Shown: positions 29,184 through 41,232 of the stretch, piece after piece
Position numbering within the stretch: the stretch's first letter is position 1
Layout of the letters: the number at the start of each line of letters is the position of its first letter
Assembly: GCA_950097015.1 (NCBI GenBank)
Contig: CATNEN010000025.1
Coordinates: forward strand, 3,906,001 to 3,970,000
Source: Macrostomum hystrix
Lineage: Eukaryota > Animalia > Platyhelminthes
Reading direction: 5' to 3'
DNA length: 64,000 bases
Notes under the pieces: model-generated
Told to the model about the DNA's origin: nothing
Databases searched by the model: none
Seen by the model: only the letters and a program-made list of their open reading frames with translations
Translations under genes and position numbers: made by a program

Positions 29184-30181
29184 TTTAGATGTTTAAAAAT
29201 AGCTATCAACTGAATGCTGCTGCTGTAGTGACAAATCAGAATGAATATGGGGGAAATAATATAGCCAATGAGAATGGTACTTAAAAAAATTAAATTCAAT
29301 CAGATGGAAGGACATCTAGGCCATATGACCTTGCTTGCATAAATAAATGTACTATAGTTAGTAATTTTTCCATTGACAAAGTAATTACATTTTGTAAATA
29401 TAAGCAACTATTAGCTTTTTTCTTTGTTGTCCTTTCTTTTTTAACAAATAGGTTCATAAGTTCTTAATTGTAAGCTTTGCTTTTCAGATGGTAGCTTAAT
29501 ATGTTAAAATACACTAACCTAGCTGAGCCAGATGTAGCCAGTGGGACATCCACAGCCTTTTACATCCAAAGGTTAGGTTCTATATTTACATAGTTATTTA
29601 GTATTTTACTGGGGTGAGCCCACACCCTATACTCAGGAAGGTGTCCCACATAAATTTTGCCCTTGAAAATATGTTTAGGCAAACAAATCTTCCTAAAAAG
29701 TAGTTTACTTATGTATAGGGCAACAATAACTCTGCATACAAGTCTGTACAAAAGGAATACAAAAGGAATTAGGAGTCATTTTCTGAGACAAAATCTGTGT
29801 CTTTGTGTAAATTAAAACTTAGTATTTATAAATGGTCCAATAATTTAATAATTAGATATAGGCCAGCATAGAATTCAATAACTAATGATTCAGTTGAACT
29901 GAATGAAGCAGCAAATTGTTATAACAATAAATGCTAAACAACACTCAAAGCACAGAGAAATAATCACTAGCTATTATATATTAGATGTCACCTACTAGAA
30001 ACCATGGCTAAAAAGTAGGATTTTAAAAGGTTACATTTAAAACAAAGGACAAATGATTATTTCTGTTTTAATATATACTACAATGCTAATAGATGCAAGT
30101 AGCATGAAAATACTACTTAAATATTTTTATAACCTAGGTCTAATAAGATTAATACATATATAATAATGTAGATGAGAAAAC

Positions 30182-30588
30182 AGCAATCTTGCAGTTCCGC
30201 ACGTTTAATTATTTTAATTTCAATTGTATTTAATTTAATTTTATTAATCATGTGAAGGCACATGGGATGGGCCTATGTCAAGGCCAGACTGCAGTCCATG
30301 CACGGAACATCAAAGGCGCTATTCGAAACACACCTAGAAGAGTTTCTCTGGCGCTGGTGCTTCCAGCGGAAGATCTTCGGGAATCTTCTATTCTGGGTGG
30401 CTCACTACTACCCCGTGTAATTGGTGCAGCTTTGCTAGTCGCTGACTCTGACTCTGAGGTTTCCAGCATGTGTCTGACTGTCTCTTGTTGTTTCCTGTTG
30501 CATTGCATTGCATTCCGTTGTCGTTATGTTGCCGTGTGAAACGATTTAAAATAAAAAATAATTAAACGTGCGGATCTGCAAGATTGCC
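30182..30588 (+). mobile_element. Non-autonomous Merlin (IS1595-like) DNA transposon with a transposase C-terminal remnant
   Basis: ~35-bp TIRs (A/G)GCAATCTTGCAG(T/A)TCCGCACGTTTAATTATTTT; degenerate 8-bp TSD GAGAAAAC/GAGAAGCC. An internal frame reads AYVKARLQSMHGTSKALFETHLEEFLWRWCFQRKIFGNLLFWVAHYYPV*, like the Merlin/ISXO2 C-terminus (HG.S......L.EF.WR). Confidence 0.8.
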
Positions 30589-32141
30589 GAGAAGCCTACT
30601 ATTTAGTCAGGCTTAATTGCCTGACGATAGTCAATATCAAAATAAATAATAATGCTCATCTAAATAAAAAAGTTCGTCTCAAGCTCAGAAAGATTACCAA
30701 TAAGTGACGTAATAAGCAATGAACTTATGAACTAACATAAATAATTCGAAAGAAATATCGCATTAATCATATTTCTAAAGGGAAAGGTAACTAAACGCCA
30801 TAAAATTTTTGTATCGAAGTAATTTGAAAATAACAACAAGCAAATCGTACGAAACTCGCGCCTCATTGCTTGTTTCCAATAGTTTATATTCTTAGGTGTA
30901 GAAAAATAAAGAACTAATTGTAGCAGCCGATTTTTTATGAAAATAAAAATTTAAGCTTTCTTTTTTGTTTAAAAATTAAACTCCAACTGCTCTCTATGTC
31001 GTTATTTAAATATGTAAAATAGTTTCACGATATCAATTAAAATTTTATTGCTTACAACTACTACTGTTGAAAAATATATTTGGTTTCTACGTATTTTTTA
31101 TAAATCACATGTTAAAACGATGTTAATTGTCAAACCATTTGCTAATCCGATTCAGTGACGACCAAATTCTAGACGGATTCTAGACTAAATTGGCTACAAG
31201 TAGTTGTAGCCAATTTATACTTGCTGCAACATTTAGAGACGTCTAAAGCTGATACAACTGTTTCTGGAATTTCGTAGCTCGACGCATTCTCAGTTGTTAA
31301 AAAAATAACTTCGGTCAACAAAATGTATGAGCTAGAGCTCATACATGTTAGACTGCGATGATTGGTTTAAGTTGCGTTGCAGCAAGCAGTTCACAGCTTG
31401 TTGCTTTACTAAAATATCAATTTTATTCAAAGCGACTAGTTGCTCAATACAGCAGTCACACGAACTACCGATTCAGCGATTCATTGATTTTTAGATGAGA
31501 AACCTAACGTTTTATTCAACTGTAGGGCTCTAAAGGTAACCAGTTTTGTAGTACGTTGGCAAAATTGAAAATCGATCATTGGAATCGGACGATAGTCTTG
31601 CCGAACTTAAAAAATGCATCGGATAGATCTTAAACGCCTGCCCTTTGTGCATGCATTGGCAGGAGCAATTGATAGGCATCGCGTACGCTCGTATATAAAT
31701 AACAAACCACAATTAATCGATAGAAGTTTTTATAAAAAACTATGTATACACATGTAAAATCATGGAAATACAAACTGAGCAACGTTAATGGATACAAAGA
31801 TTTATGAGTATGAAAGAAAGAAGTAGTAAACAAAAGTATAGCATTAAAATAGCTTAAATATTATAATATTAGAAAACTAGATTCAAATAGTTTAGTTCTT
31901 TGCACATAGATAAATTCAGCAGAACGATTGTTACAGTAGAATAAGTTTTGCTTGTATAGCACCATAAAATTTTAATTTTTTATTCAAGCATGATCAAGCA
32001 TGAGACAAGTATTAACAACAGAGAAAAACACAACAAAGGCAGCAGAAAAAGACCAAGATTGTTAAAAATATATAAATAATGGGGTAAAATAAAAATAAGA
32101 GTATAGCAGACATTGCATTGGTGCGGTGGATGAGAAAGGAC

Positions 32142-32427
32142 TCAAGTGAACAAGTCCGGAGCAGCCACAAGGCAGTCCAACAGACCCGCTGAGTCTGCAC
32201 TGCTGCGCCCGCAGTCCGCATCGATTGAACTTGTCCCATTAACTGTCGCCGTTGCCGTAGCTATGCTTGAAGCCTTTGACTTCACCGCAATACCATGTAC
32301 TCTAGCCAGATGGACGCGCAAATTTGAGCCGGAGATAAGCGCAGCCGGACAGAGGCTGCACGGGTGCCGCAGGGCCGCAGTATGAACGGCCGCATGCGCT
32401 GATCGATGCTCGCGGCGGCAGAATCGC
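32142..32427 (-). CDS. C2H2 zinc-finger protein, last coding exon
   Basis: CAG acceptor in phase 2 completes CPVCDK|RFCRREHRSAHAAVH; next finger CSLCPAALISGSNLRVHLARVH; TGA at 32142-32144. Confidence 0.88.
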
Positions 32428-32806
32428 CTGCGAGATGGGGTGGCGTTCATAGCTGCCTTCTTTTGTTTGGAAAGATACCAAAACAGTTCTGAAGGAATTA
32501 AATGCTGATAGCAAAATATCAATAGAGCATTTTAGGGTTAGGGTAGGGGGTCGAATGATGTAAACTGATTTTAAAACGTTTTTGAACCGAAATCGCGGTC
32601 CGTATTTGACATGTAGGCTAAAAAATTCTAAAGCGTCAAAAATTATTTTCCCTTCTTAAAACAACCAACTGGAATGCTGCACTTAGCGGAGTTGAGACAC
32701 TTTCGACCCAAAACGGCGGCTCATCATACGAGCCGTATTTCATCGAGCCAGTTTATGACAGGAGTTATAAAGGAGTTCTACTTGTCAATAGACCACAACA
32801 ACTTAC

Positions 32807-33125
32807 TTATCGCACACGGGACATGCCAAGGGTCGCTCGTGCCTGGGCGCATGTCGCGCCAACCTATGCCTTTGAAGGTCTTCGTTTCGAGCGAATCGGA
32901 GACCCGGACAGTCGCTGCAGGCGAATGTCGGCTTGGCGTGACGGCTGCGCCGGTGGGCAGACAGAGCGCTGGCGCTTAGAAAGGCGGCGTCGCATTCGGA
33001 ACAGGCGTGACTGCGCGGTAGGCTCGCCAGCTCCCGGTGGCCGTGGCAGCTGTCCAGATGCCGCTGGAGACCGCCGCGTTGACGATAAGCCGAGTCACAG
33101 AAGTTGCACTGGAATGGCGCGGCGC
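32807..33125 (-). CDS. C2H2 zinc-finger protein, internal exon (not in the ORF track)
   Basis: Manual translation: AAPFQCNFCDSAYRQRGGLQRHLDSCHGHRELASLPRSHACSECDAAFLSASALSAHRRSRHAKPTFACSDCPGLRFARNEDLQRHRLARHAPRHERPLACPVCDK. CAG acceptor phase 1, GTAAG donor phase 2, 319 bp. Confidence 0.92.
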
Positions 33126-33672
33126 CTGCAGTAAATTGAAGTGGGACGGATAATTAAGCTTTACTATTTATTTACTTATTTACTTTACTTTTACTTTTTG
33201 TTATTAATATTTTGCGCACGCCACCAACGGGTGCTGATTTATATTTTTTTATTAAATATTTATCGCGGGGAAGTTAAAAAATAGTCATAAACAAGGAAGA
33301 GCAGAACTAATCGCTAGGAAAATTAAAATTAAGCCAAAAGGAGAGAAGTGTAGTATCACACCCGCCAATAAATTGTTCTATGGAAAAGGCTCTTTTCCTG
33401 CTAATCTTCTATATAAGTAGAAGATAACGCATGGCTTTTAGGGTTGTATTCGTACGAGTATAAATCCCGAGAGCCGAAGGCTGTCGAAGAATGATTAAAG
33501 AATGATTTTAACTAATTTTAACAACCCGTAAAAAGACATGCATCATCTCACTTAAATTCCGTGAATTCCGTGGATTTAACCTAATAAATCCCGGAAGATG
33601 CGACAGTTTGATTTAACTTCTGTTTAAATTTGAGCAGGCAGTGCTACGAGTCCAACTAAACTTAAGCAAGAA

Positions 33673-34075
33673 GTGGACCTCGTTTTTAACTTTTTGGCCC
33701 TTACTGCACAATCCTTTCTCATAGGGAATTCTCGGTCTTATAGATCACAATGTTTCGACTTCGATAAAGGCTCCTCGGGTTGCATTATTTTCGAAGAGCT
33801 GACGAATACTCGAGAGATTTTCCAACCAGCGTACATTCGACATTCGGTTTGGAACGGATGAGCTCCAGTACGTGGCGGCCTGGCAAGATTCGGCCACCCA
33901 TTCGACGTTTGAATAATAGTCAAGAGAAGAAATTGTACTATCATGCAATCGTTCTTCGCCACCCCCTTCCATTCAGCGCCCCTATCGCACTGGAGGATCT
34001 TGGAGATCCTTACCTCATGCCAGACGGGGCCCTTCTTAAGTACATCATTGAGACATGGTTCAGTGACGTCAAGTG
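33673..34075 (+). pseudogene. 5' part of an orphan, frameshifted ORF cut by the CACTG element
   Basis: Reads ...LYYHAIVLRHPLPFSAPIALEDLGDPYLMPDGALLKYIIETWFSDVK and continues in frame at 44777 once the insertion is removed. Confidence 0.5.
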
Positions 34076-35649
34076 CACTGTAAATTATAAGTAGCCGCAA
34101 GAGTGGCCGGATGTACCTGATATGGAAGTGGCCGAAAGTAAAATATTTTTGCAAGATTTTAATAATGTAAAATATATTCCAAGGACCATCTTCTTAGTGT
34201 TTAAACACTTTCTATGCCCTGGAAACTCAATATTACGATTGACTGCATACGACATGTGACAATAGTTAATAATTGTGGCCGGTTGTCAATATATGATCTG
34301 AATGTCATGCATTTGAAAGTTTAAGTGATGCAAATTCATACTTCCTTTGATTAGAAAACAAATGATGTAAATCTTCAAAGGCGAGAAATTTAGCGGTGTG
34401 ACAGAGCACAAAAATCTTTGTTGTGGCCGAAAGGCAGCCAATAATTTTGATATACTTACTTTGATTTAAAATACATTATTTATCTGCGTATTGAATTCAG
34501 ATTCCGCCCTCATTTTTTTCACCATTGGTTAGTTTTTTATTGTCTGCTTTGTCATTCGACTCTTTTCTGCTCTGCTCTACTGCATTGTTTTGTACGAGTA
34601 TTTTGCAATTAAATCGTTTGTTGACTTCAGTTACTTCTTCTACATACCTTTTCTTCACTTTGTGTTCTTCATTTCTATCGTATTGGCCTCAGTTTATTGA
34701 CCTTGCTTAGACTTTTAGAGTACGGCGCATTTGATTCATTTCTCAAAAAAATTGTAATTGGTGGCAAATTATTGTGCATGCATTTCGCTATTATGTTATA
34801 TTTGTAGGAAGATATTAAATTTGGTCCTTATCCATGCTGTTTTGGTTCTTTTTGTCTTGCTATGCTATTGACATTCTCAGTGATTTTTGTTTTTATTTAA
34901 TTGTTTCTATTTGTTGTTGACTTATATTGCCTAGCTTATTATCGTATTAGACCTGACTTTCATTTAATTGTCTAATAATTGTCGTCGAAGAGCTGACGAA
35001 TACTCGAGAGATTTTCCAACCAGCGTACATTCGACATTCGGTTTGGAACGGATGAGCTCCAGTACGTGGCGGTGTGTTTAATTGTCTAATATTATAGTCT
35101 AATGTTTAATTGTTTATTTGTCTAATTGCTTAATATTGATAGCAATATAAATGTAATTCGATAGAATCTAAGCAATACATTTATTTTTTTTTGTATTGAC
35201 CTAGGCTTACAACATTGTATGCCTAGTATATTGTACATTGTGAAATCATTTTTATTATCCATTCTAAGTATGTTTTCAACTATTATTTCATATAAATACT
35301 TTTTCTTACACTAATAACAACAATAAAATGGCACCCGAATTGTATCTTTTCTTGTCAAAGATCACAAAAAATGCATGTGAGTAATTCTCACGGAATGCAC
35401 GGTATTTATAAGAGAAGTGTCTCCAGCCGATTCTGTCTGTTTAATAAAAAAAAGAAGCTGCTTTTTGCAACCTAAAATATTTTTAAACAGTTTTTATGCA
35501 TAATTTTATCAAGCTTTGTTAAAATTATTGAGTTCTAATATAAATTTCAGTTGACTGAAATGTGACATTTTATCGGAATACACGTGTCTCTTACTGCGAA
35601 GACTCAATTTATTGCATGCTTTCTTGGAGCACACTAAGCACTAGACGAA

Positions 35650-38600
35650 ATGAGTAATAGAGAGAAACAATCAAAGCGTGGCGGTGAGAGCCGCCATCCA
35701 GACCTTGACAGGAGCTGGCGTATCGCGATCGCGCTCGGCGAGTCCGAGTTCGCCCGAGAAAGCCGGCAGTTCAAAATCCGCCAAGTCATCAAGGAGCATT
35801 AAGCCCACACCCCAGCCAGCAGGCAGCGCGGTCGTAACTCGACAACGCGCCTTGTTACTCAGTGCTTCAGCCGAACGGGCGTTCAAGATTGAGCCGAACC
35901 CTGCCAGTGCTAAACGTTGCCATCAAGAGGGAGGATGATGCCTCGGCGCCGCGCGCTAAGGGGCATATACGAGTCCAGGCTGACGCCCCCCTGGCCAGCC
36001 CTCTCTCTATAGGTCCAGATGAAGAATACCCTGATGCTGTTATGGTGGACATAACACAGGAGATCTCTCGTGTCAGTACAGGCACCAGTAAGATGCCTGT
36101 TGCTAGCGAGTCAGTGGCTACATCTTTAACACCTGGCCGGTTGGACGACCGAATATCCACGGAGTTTAGACTCCGGGCTGAGGGCAAAGAAATGCGAGAG
36201 GAGGCCAGGGCTATTACAGCTGCCGTTATGCGCAATAACGAATTCGACGTCAGGACGGACGGAGGATTTGCGCGGCATGCTAGCCGACTACGAACAAGAT
36301 CTAAATCACCAGAACGACATCATGCGCCGTCAGCTGGAGAATATAGAAAAGGGTTTCAGCTCCTGCCCTCCCACTTCTGAGGAGCAGGAGCGGATAGATC
36401 TGGAAATGGCCGTGGCCGCTTCACTCAATGAACAGGCCAGGCAAGATTTGTTAGGCCTTTACCCAGCGCGTAAATTCGGCGATAAGTGCATCTGGCTGTC
36501 AGGCGTCGTGGATTTCGACTTCACTCCACTGGCCGATGGTGTAACGGCTACCTTTCTAAGCCGTGTTAGCAACAACACGTGGGTAGATGGAGGCAAGGTA
36601 ACGCTTACGCCCGCCGGTGTACCTCAGATCTCCAGCGAGATCCGTCTTAACAGGCCAGATGGGGTGCCCATCATCCACCAGGTCCAAGCCCTATGGACAC
36701 AGAACAACGCAAGAAACAGGACTTTGCTTTATAATATAGCAAGGGATCCTGCTAGGCCCAACGGATCTGTGCGCCCTGAGGAATGGTCTGATTATTGTAG
36801 TGAGCCGTAGCTTAGGTGGCTCCCTTTTCCCGGCACTGAGTGGCTGTCCGGCCCGCCCTCTCTGGCGTTGTCTGGTCTGCTCTCTTTGTCCTCCCTTTCT
36901 CACGGCAGCGCTTGCACTTAGAGTGTGTTTTCTCTCCCCCAGGGATGAGTCATCACCTCTTTGTCCCGCGCTGGCCAGTCCCTTTCTTTGTGTGCACGTT
37001 TGTCTGCACTCAGTCAGCGCATGATTCTCCTCATGTGACTGGCCTCTCTCTTTGTCTCCTAAAGTGCACGTAAACATGTTTACTGCACTTGGGGCTTTGA
37101 TTATAGGACAGGAGCCTACGTAGGAGTGACGTTTCTGGCGCCACTGACGTCAGTTGCTATTTTTAGAAACCACGTGATTTCATCACGTGTTTTCTAACTA
37201 TGCACTGACCCTATGGGAGGCCCCTGCCTATAAAAGAAAGGCCCCGCTCCTCTGGTTCTCTATCCCTTGTTTAAACCTTCTCTTGATAACCGTCGTTCTT
37301 AACTTGTTCACTGTGCCATCAGTGTCTAAGTTTCCTACTTCAGTCTCTGCATGTGACTGCACGTAAGCTCAGTTCTGGCTAAGTCCCGAAACTAACTTAG
37401 CCTTCCACCCCACCATCCGAGCTACGCAGGACACTGACAGCCTGTAATTGCAACTGGAACTCTGCACTGTGTGCTTCTCGAGACTTTGTGACTTCGTTTC
37501 TTTCGGGCCAAGGATCCTTCACCTCACCGAAGGCAGAAGTCCTGACGCCCTGGTGGCAGCGCTACTACTACACTACCTGATATTCTTGGACTTCATATTG
37601 GAGTCCGCCGGATCCTCATTGTTAACAGGACGACCGGTACAACATTATACAGATAATGGTGAAATATCAAGCCGCAAGGTGAACGGCAAGCTGGCTGCTC
37701 ACGGTGAAGCTCACAACACCTGGCTTAATTCACTAACCGGCAGCATGTCGATGTCGGATAAGATAAGTCGGATAAGCCGATGTCGGCTTCTACACGCTAG
37801 CATGGACATTATTTTTCAACGCTTATAATCTCCTGATAACAGTTCGCAACATAGCGCCCCCGCCTGCTGTTCCGCCTCAATTGCATTGGCTGGATATGTC
37901 CATCGCTTTTGCGCCTGCCGCTGCCGGTGTTCTAGTACCTGGCACACTCATCTTCTACCGAGACCAGGGCAACTTTACTCCTGATGAATGGCTTGTTCTG
38001 AGCTGCATCTCGGCTGGCCTACCCGGTGTCGGCTCCCCTGGCATGGTGGCTCCTCTGCCCGCTGGCATTCCGCCTGGAGCTACTCATCCCTACACGCATT
38101 TCATCACCTCGCAGCCAATCACTATATGGGGCGTTGTAGGATCACACCAGCCTGCCGGCATCCTAGCAGCAATCAAGTCTCTGGCCAACACCAACAGGTC
38201 TGACGACGCCGACATGATAAGAGGCTTTTATCGAGCCGGGAGCATCTGCTTCGGCCAAGGACATAATGCAGCAGCTGCAGCACCCAATGTTGTGTCTCGG
38301 CATTATGTCGACTCTTTCTTCAAGACGCGCACCACCGTGCCTTGTCCTTCTGGCCCTAGCCTTGCCAGTCTGTACTTTCACTTCAGGCGGGCAGATAACA
38401 ACCCGCGCCCACCGGTTTCTGAAATAGCTACTCTGTCTCAATCCAGCCCAGGAGAGGTTTACAGTTATGGGTTGCAGTTAGCCGTTACTCTCACTTTGAG
38501 TTTCAGCTCCTTGCTTCACAACTTTAATATCACAGGCCGCAACCTAAGCACCATCTTTTTTGGTGCTCAGCTGGAAATAATCTAAGTTTTTATCGGGCAA

Positions 38601-39683
38601 CACATTTTCACGCGCCCGCCGGAAGCCAGTTCGCCTCTGTTCGTCGGCATTCATCGCTAAGAACTTGTACCTCCGCTTCGGCTTGACTATGTGGCAAGAC
38701 GCGTTCGTATGCGCCAATTGGTGCCACTTATCCCTCGGCCCGCCTGCCATCAATAACCCGCACGACTAATGGTATGATATGTATAACCATAAGATTCCGT
38801 ACCAGTTCCAGCCCCTTGCTGGCTTCGAGCTTCATCGGGCTGTGCCATATGAGTGGGCTATCGGCCTCGGCAAGGTAGAGGCGGACATCACTTCTGACTA
38901 CGTAGTCTTTGGTGCTGGTGTCATGAATCCCACCGGCATGCACACCAATTATGGCTCTGACAATTACGCTAAGCGCGCTGTGTCACCACTCTGGTCTAAG
39001 CTAGAGCTGTACGGCTATCAAGTCATTAATGCGCTCAACCAATATTACAACGCTAACGTGGCTATTGTGATAACTCAGTACCAGTTTCCGCATAACCGCT
39101 CGGCCTCACACGTTGCCGGCGCATATGTTGCTGCACCGCCACTAGGAGCTTCTGCTGTTATTGCCGTTACGCCGTTTCTCAATCCGGCTACTTTGCTCAG
39201 TGCCAGCAATGCCAACCATTTCATATGTCTCCTTCGATTACTACGGCCAACATGATCCCAGGCCTGTCAGCCTTCTTGTTAAGTATGATCGGCGGTAAGA
39301 AAGACTGGAATCTATCAGGCGCTGTATCCCTCGACTTTCATGCCCTGCTGCATCGCGCCTTACAACATGGACTTCGGCCTAGCTGCGCTGGTGCGTCCGG
39401 AGCCCCCTGTCTGCTGAGGCTCACGGGCAAGTTGGCCAAGATGTGCTTCGAGCTCACCGCGACAAAGTGGCTGGCGAAGTGGCTAAAGCCATTGATGCTG
39501 TCAAGCGTGTGTACTGGAGACAAGCACGTTGCGCGAGAGCAGCTGGATGCACGTGCTGCGGCGAGCGCTCAAGCAGTTGACAATGCAGTCAACGCCGCCA
39601 TACGCGTAGCCAATCAAGCGGCGGGTGAGGCTACTGCTGCGCCCCCTGTTCCAGGCAGCGCTCAGGCCACAGCTTTAAACTAG
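35650..39683 (+). pseudogene. Endogenous toti-like dsRNA virus ORF1 (capsid/Gag-like, Pro/Ala-rich), degraded and interrupted by an LTR-like insert
   Basis: Chain of overlapping plus-strand, intronless, GC-richer ORF pieces (35862, 36268, 37448, 37776-38585, 38779, 39225) joined by frameshifts and stops. Ala/Pro/Gly-rich C-terminus; ends at a slippery site directly upstream of an RdRp. Capsid identity is inferred from position. Confidence 0.65.
36796..37433 (+). mobile_element. LTR-like insertion with a Pol II promoter, inside viral ORF1
   Basis: Starts TGTAGTGAGCCGTAGC and ends GCTACGCAGGACA. CT-rich, non-coding. AP-1 TGAGTCA 36946, CRE TGACGTCA 37145, MEF2-like CTATTTTTAG 37157, E-boxes CACGTG 37171/37184, TATAAAAG 37229. 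No clean TSD found. Confidence 0.55.
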
Positions 39684-39729
39684 GCTGTGCACGCTTGACC
39701 GGGCAGTACAGCAACTGTTGTCTGCTTGG
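39674..39729 (+). promoter_or_regulatory. -1 programmed ribosomal frameshift signal (U UUA AAC) plus predicted H-type pseudoknot
   Basis: GCT TTA AAC TAG: heptamer 39674-80 in X_XXY_YYZ phase just before the ORF1 stop. Stem1 GCTGTGC 39684-90 / GTACAGC 39706-12; stem2 CCGGGCA 39699-705 / TGCTTGG 39723-29. The -1 frame is open to 40027. Confidence 0.75.
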
Positions 39730-41232
39730 GTTCGAGGCTGATCGTAACTGTTTATTTGGCGACAGTCTCATAGCGTGTCTTAACTCTTTTACTCATCTCC
39801 AAATCAAAACTGACTCACGTTTTTTGCGGTCTAATTTCTGTTGCTTTTTTGTCGTGTCGTGCATGATATTGCTTCCGCTGTACCGTATTCTACTTTATTT
39901 TTTATGCCTCAAACATTTACTCCAGTTTTCTGCCCAGGTTTTAACATACATTATTCATTTGCTTTCCCCCATCAATGCACACGTGATCACCTGCTGGCTG
40001 TCGAGTTGGAATATCAACGAGGCATGATACCTCAAGACCTGTACGACGTATGGTTTCGAATTAAATTAAATCGAATGTGACTGATTTTGGCTCTAGATCA
40101 ATGCTGTACTGGGACGTGCGCTAAGATTTTCTAGTTAGGCGATTTTCAATGCAGCTCTGTTAACGAGTATTTGCCGTCTGGTGTCACTGCCGATGACTTG
40201 CTAAATGACGGGTTGCCGCTCAAGCGTTGTTGCCGTGGTTGCTACCACCTGGATTGGAGGCCTGGCTTGCCCGGCCATCTGTTGGAGCGGTGTTTCGACT
40301 TTGTAGATGATGCTAATAGGACTATGACTTCCATGCGTGCTAGCCATTTGATTGATTGTGCCCGAAATTTAGGTAAAGCAGAACTATGGGAGTCATCTTT
40401 GTCCTCAGTGCTGAGTGTTTTGCCTGTTGGGTCGCTAGATCACACGGTCGCCACGTGTCTACTGTTCGCCGTCAGCGTTTTTGAGAATTGGCGACGCTAC
40501 AGCGAGCTGATGAGGCGCGATGCAGCGTGTTGTATCACCGTAGATGGCTTCGCAAAGTACACAAAAGCAATATCAGTTGCCATGCGCCGTACCCAACGTT
40601 GGGTGGATGGTTCACCGATGAGCGTATCGAGCGTTGCTATCTGTGCGTATCTGGAAATGGCTACTGGCAGGAACCGCACCCTGACTGATTGGGATGCCGA
40701 AATTAAGAAAAGGTGCCACGACGTACGCGTCATTTTAGATTTACTTGATGACGGCGATTATCATCGGAGGCTTGAAGATGCTGTTAGTGCGCACTCGCGA
40801 GTTGATACCTGGCCGAGTCCACGACATCACTACAAGGAGTACGTCGCCACTAGATACCTACATATAGCGTCTGGATCGAGCTGCGGCGCTAAAGCTCACA
40901 GTTCTGATGGCAAGCAGCACGTTTCATCTCAATAAGCGTGGGCTTTTTGAGTGCTTGCCCGCTGCCGACATTTTGACCTGGCTTGACCTGGAGCCTCTGC
41001 TGCTGTCTATCGGCAGTGAGAAAGGTGAAACTGGCAAATCACGCGAAATCCTCGCTTCTAACATTGTAGCCTACGTCATTATGGACTACACTTTGCTCGG
41101 CATAGAACCTAAGTTTCATAACATCTCAGGCGTTAAGTTAGGCCTCGGCAGCTACGACGAGTGCGCCGCTATGAGGCACCGATTGCTTAACATCTGTTTA
41201 GAAGGAATAGAAAGTATGATGATCGATTATGC
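39674..41232 (+). pseudogene. Endogenous toti-like virus RNA-dependent RNA polymerase, truncated at motif A
   Basis: Recognisable Totiviridae/Ghabrivirales (RdRP_4-type) motifs in order: YLEMATGRNRTLTDWDAEIKKR, YVATRYLHIASGSS, LNKRGLFE, EKGETGKSREILA..Y..L...E, then MMIDY (start of the DYxDFNSQH motif), after which viral sequence stops. Two internal stops and two frameshifts. Confidence 0.85.

Noticed and set aside
32532-32550. TTAGGG telomere-like repeats
   Set aside because: Only two exact copies, in a small intron.
37551-37561. TGGTGGCAGCG resembling a tRNA-Leu primer-binding site
   Set aside because: About 120 bp from the apparent LTR end, not preceded by CA, and within an open protein-like frame; probably chance.
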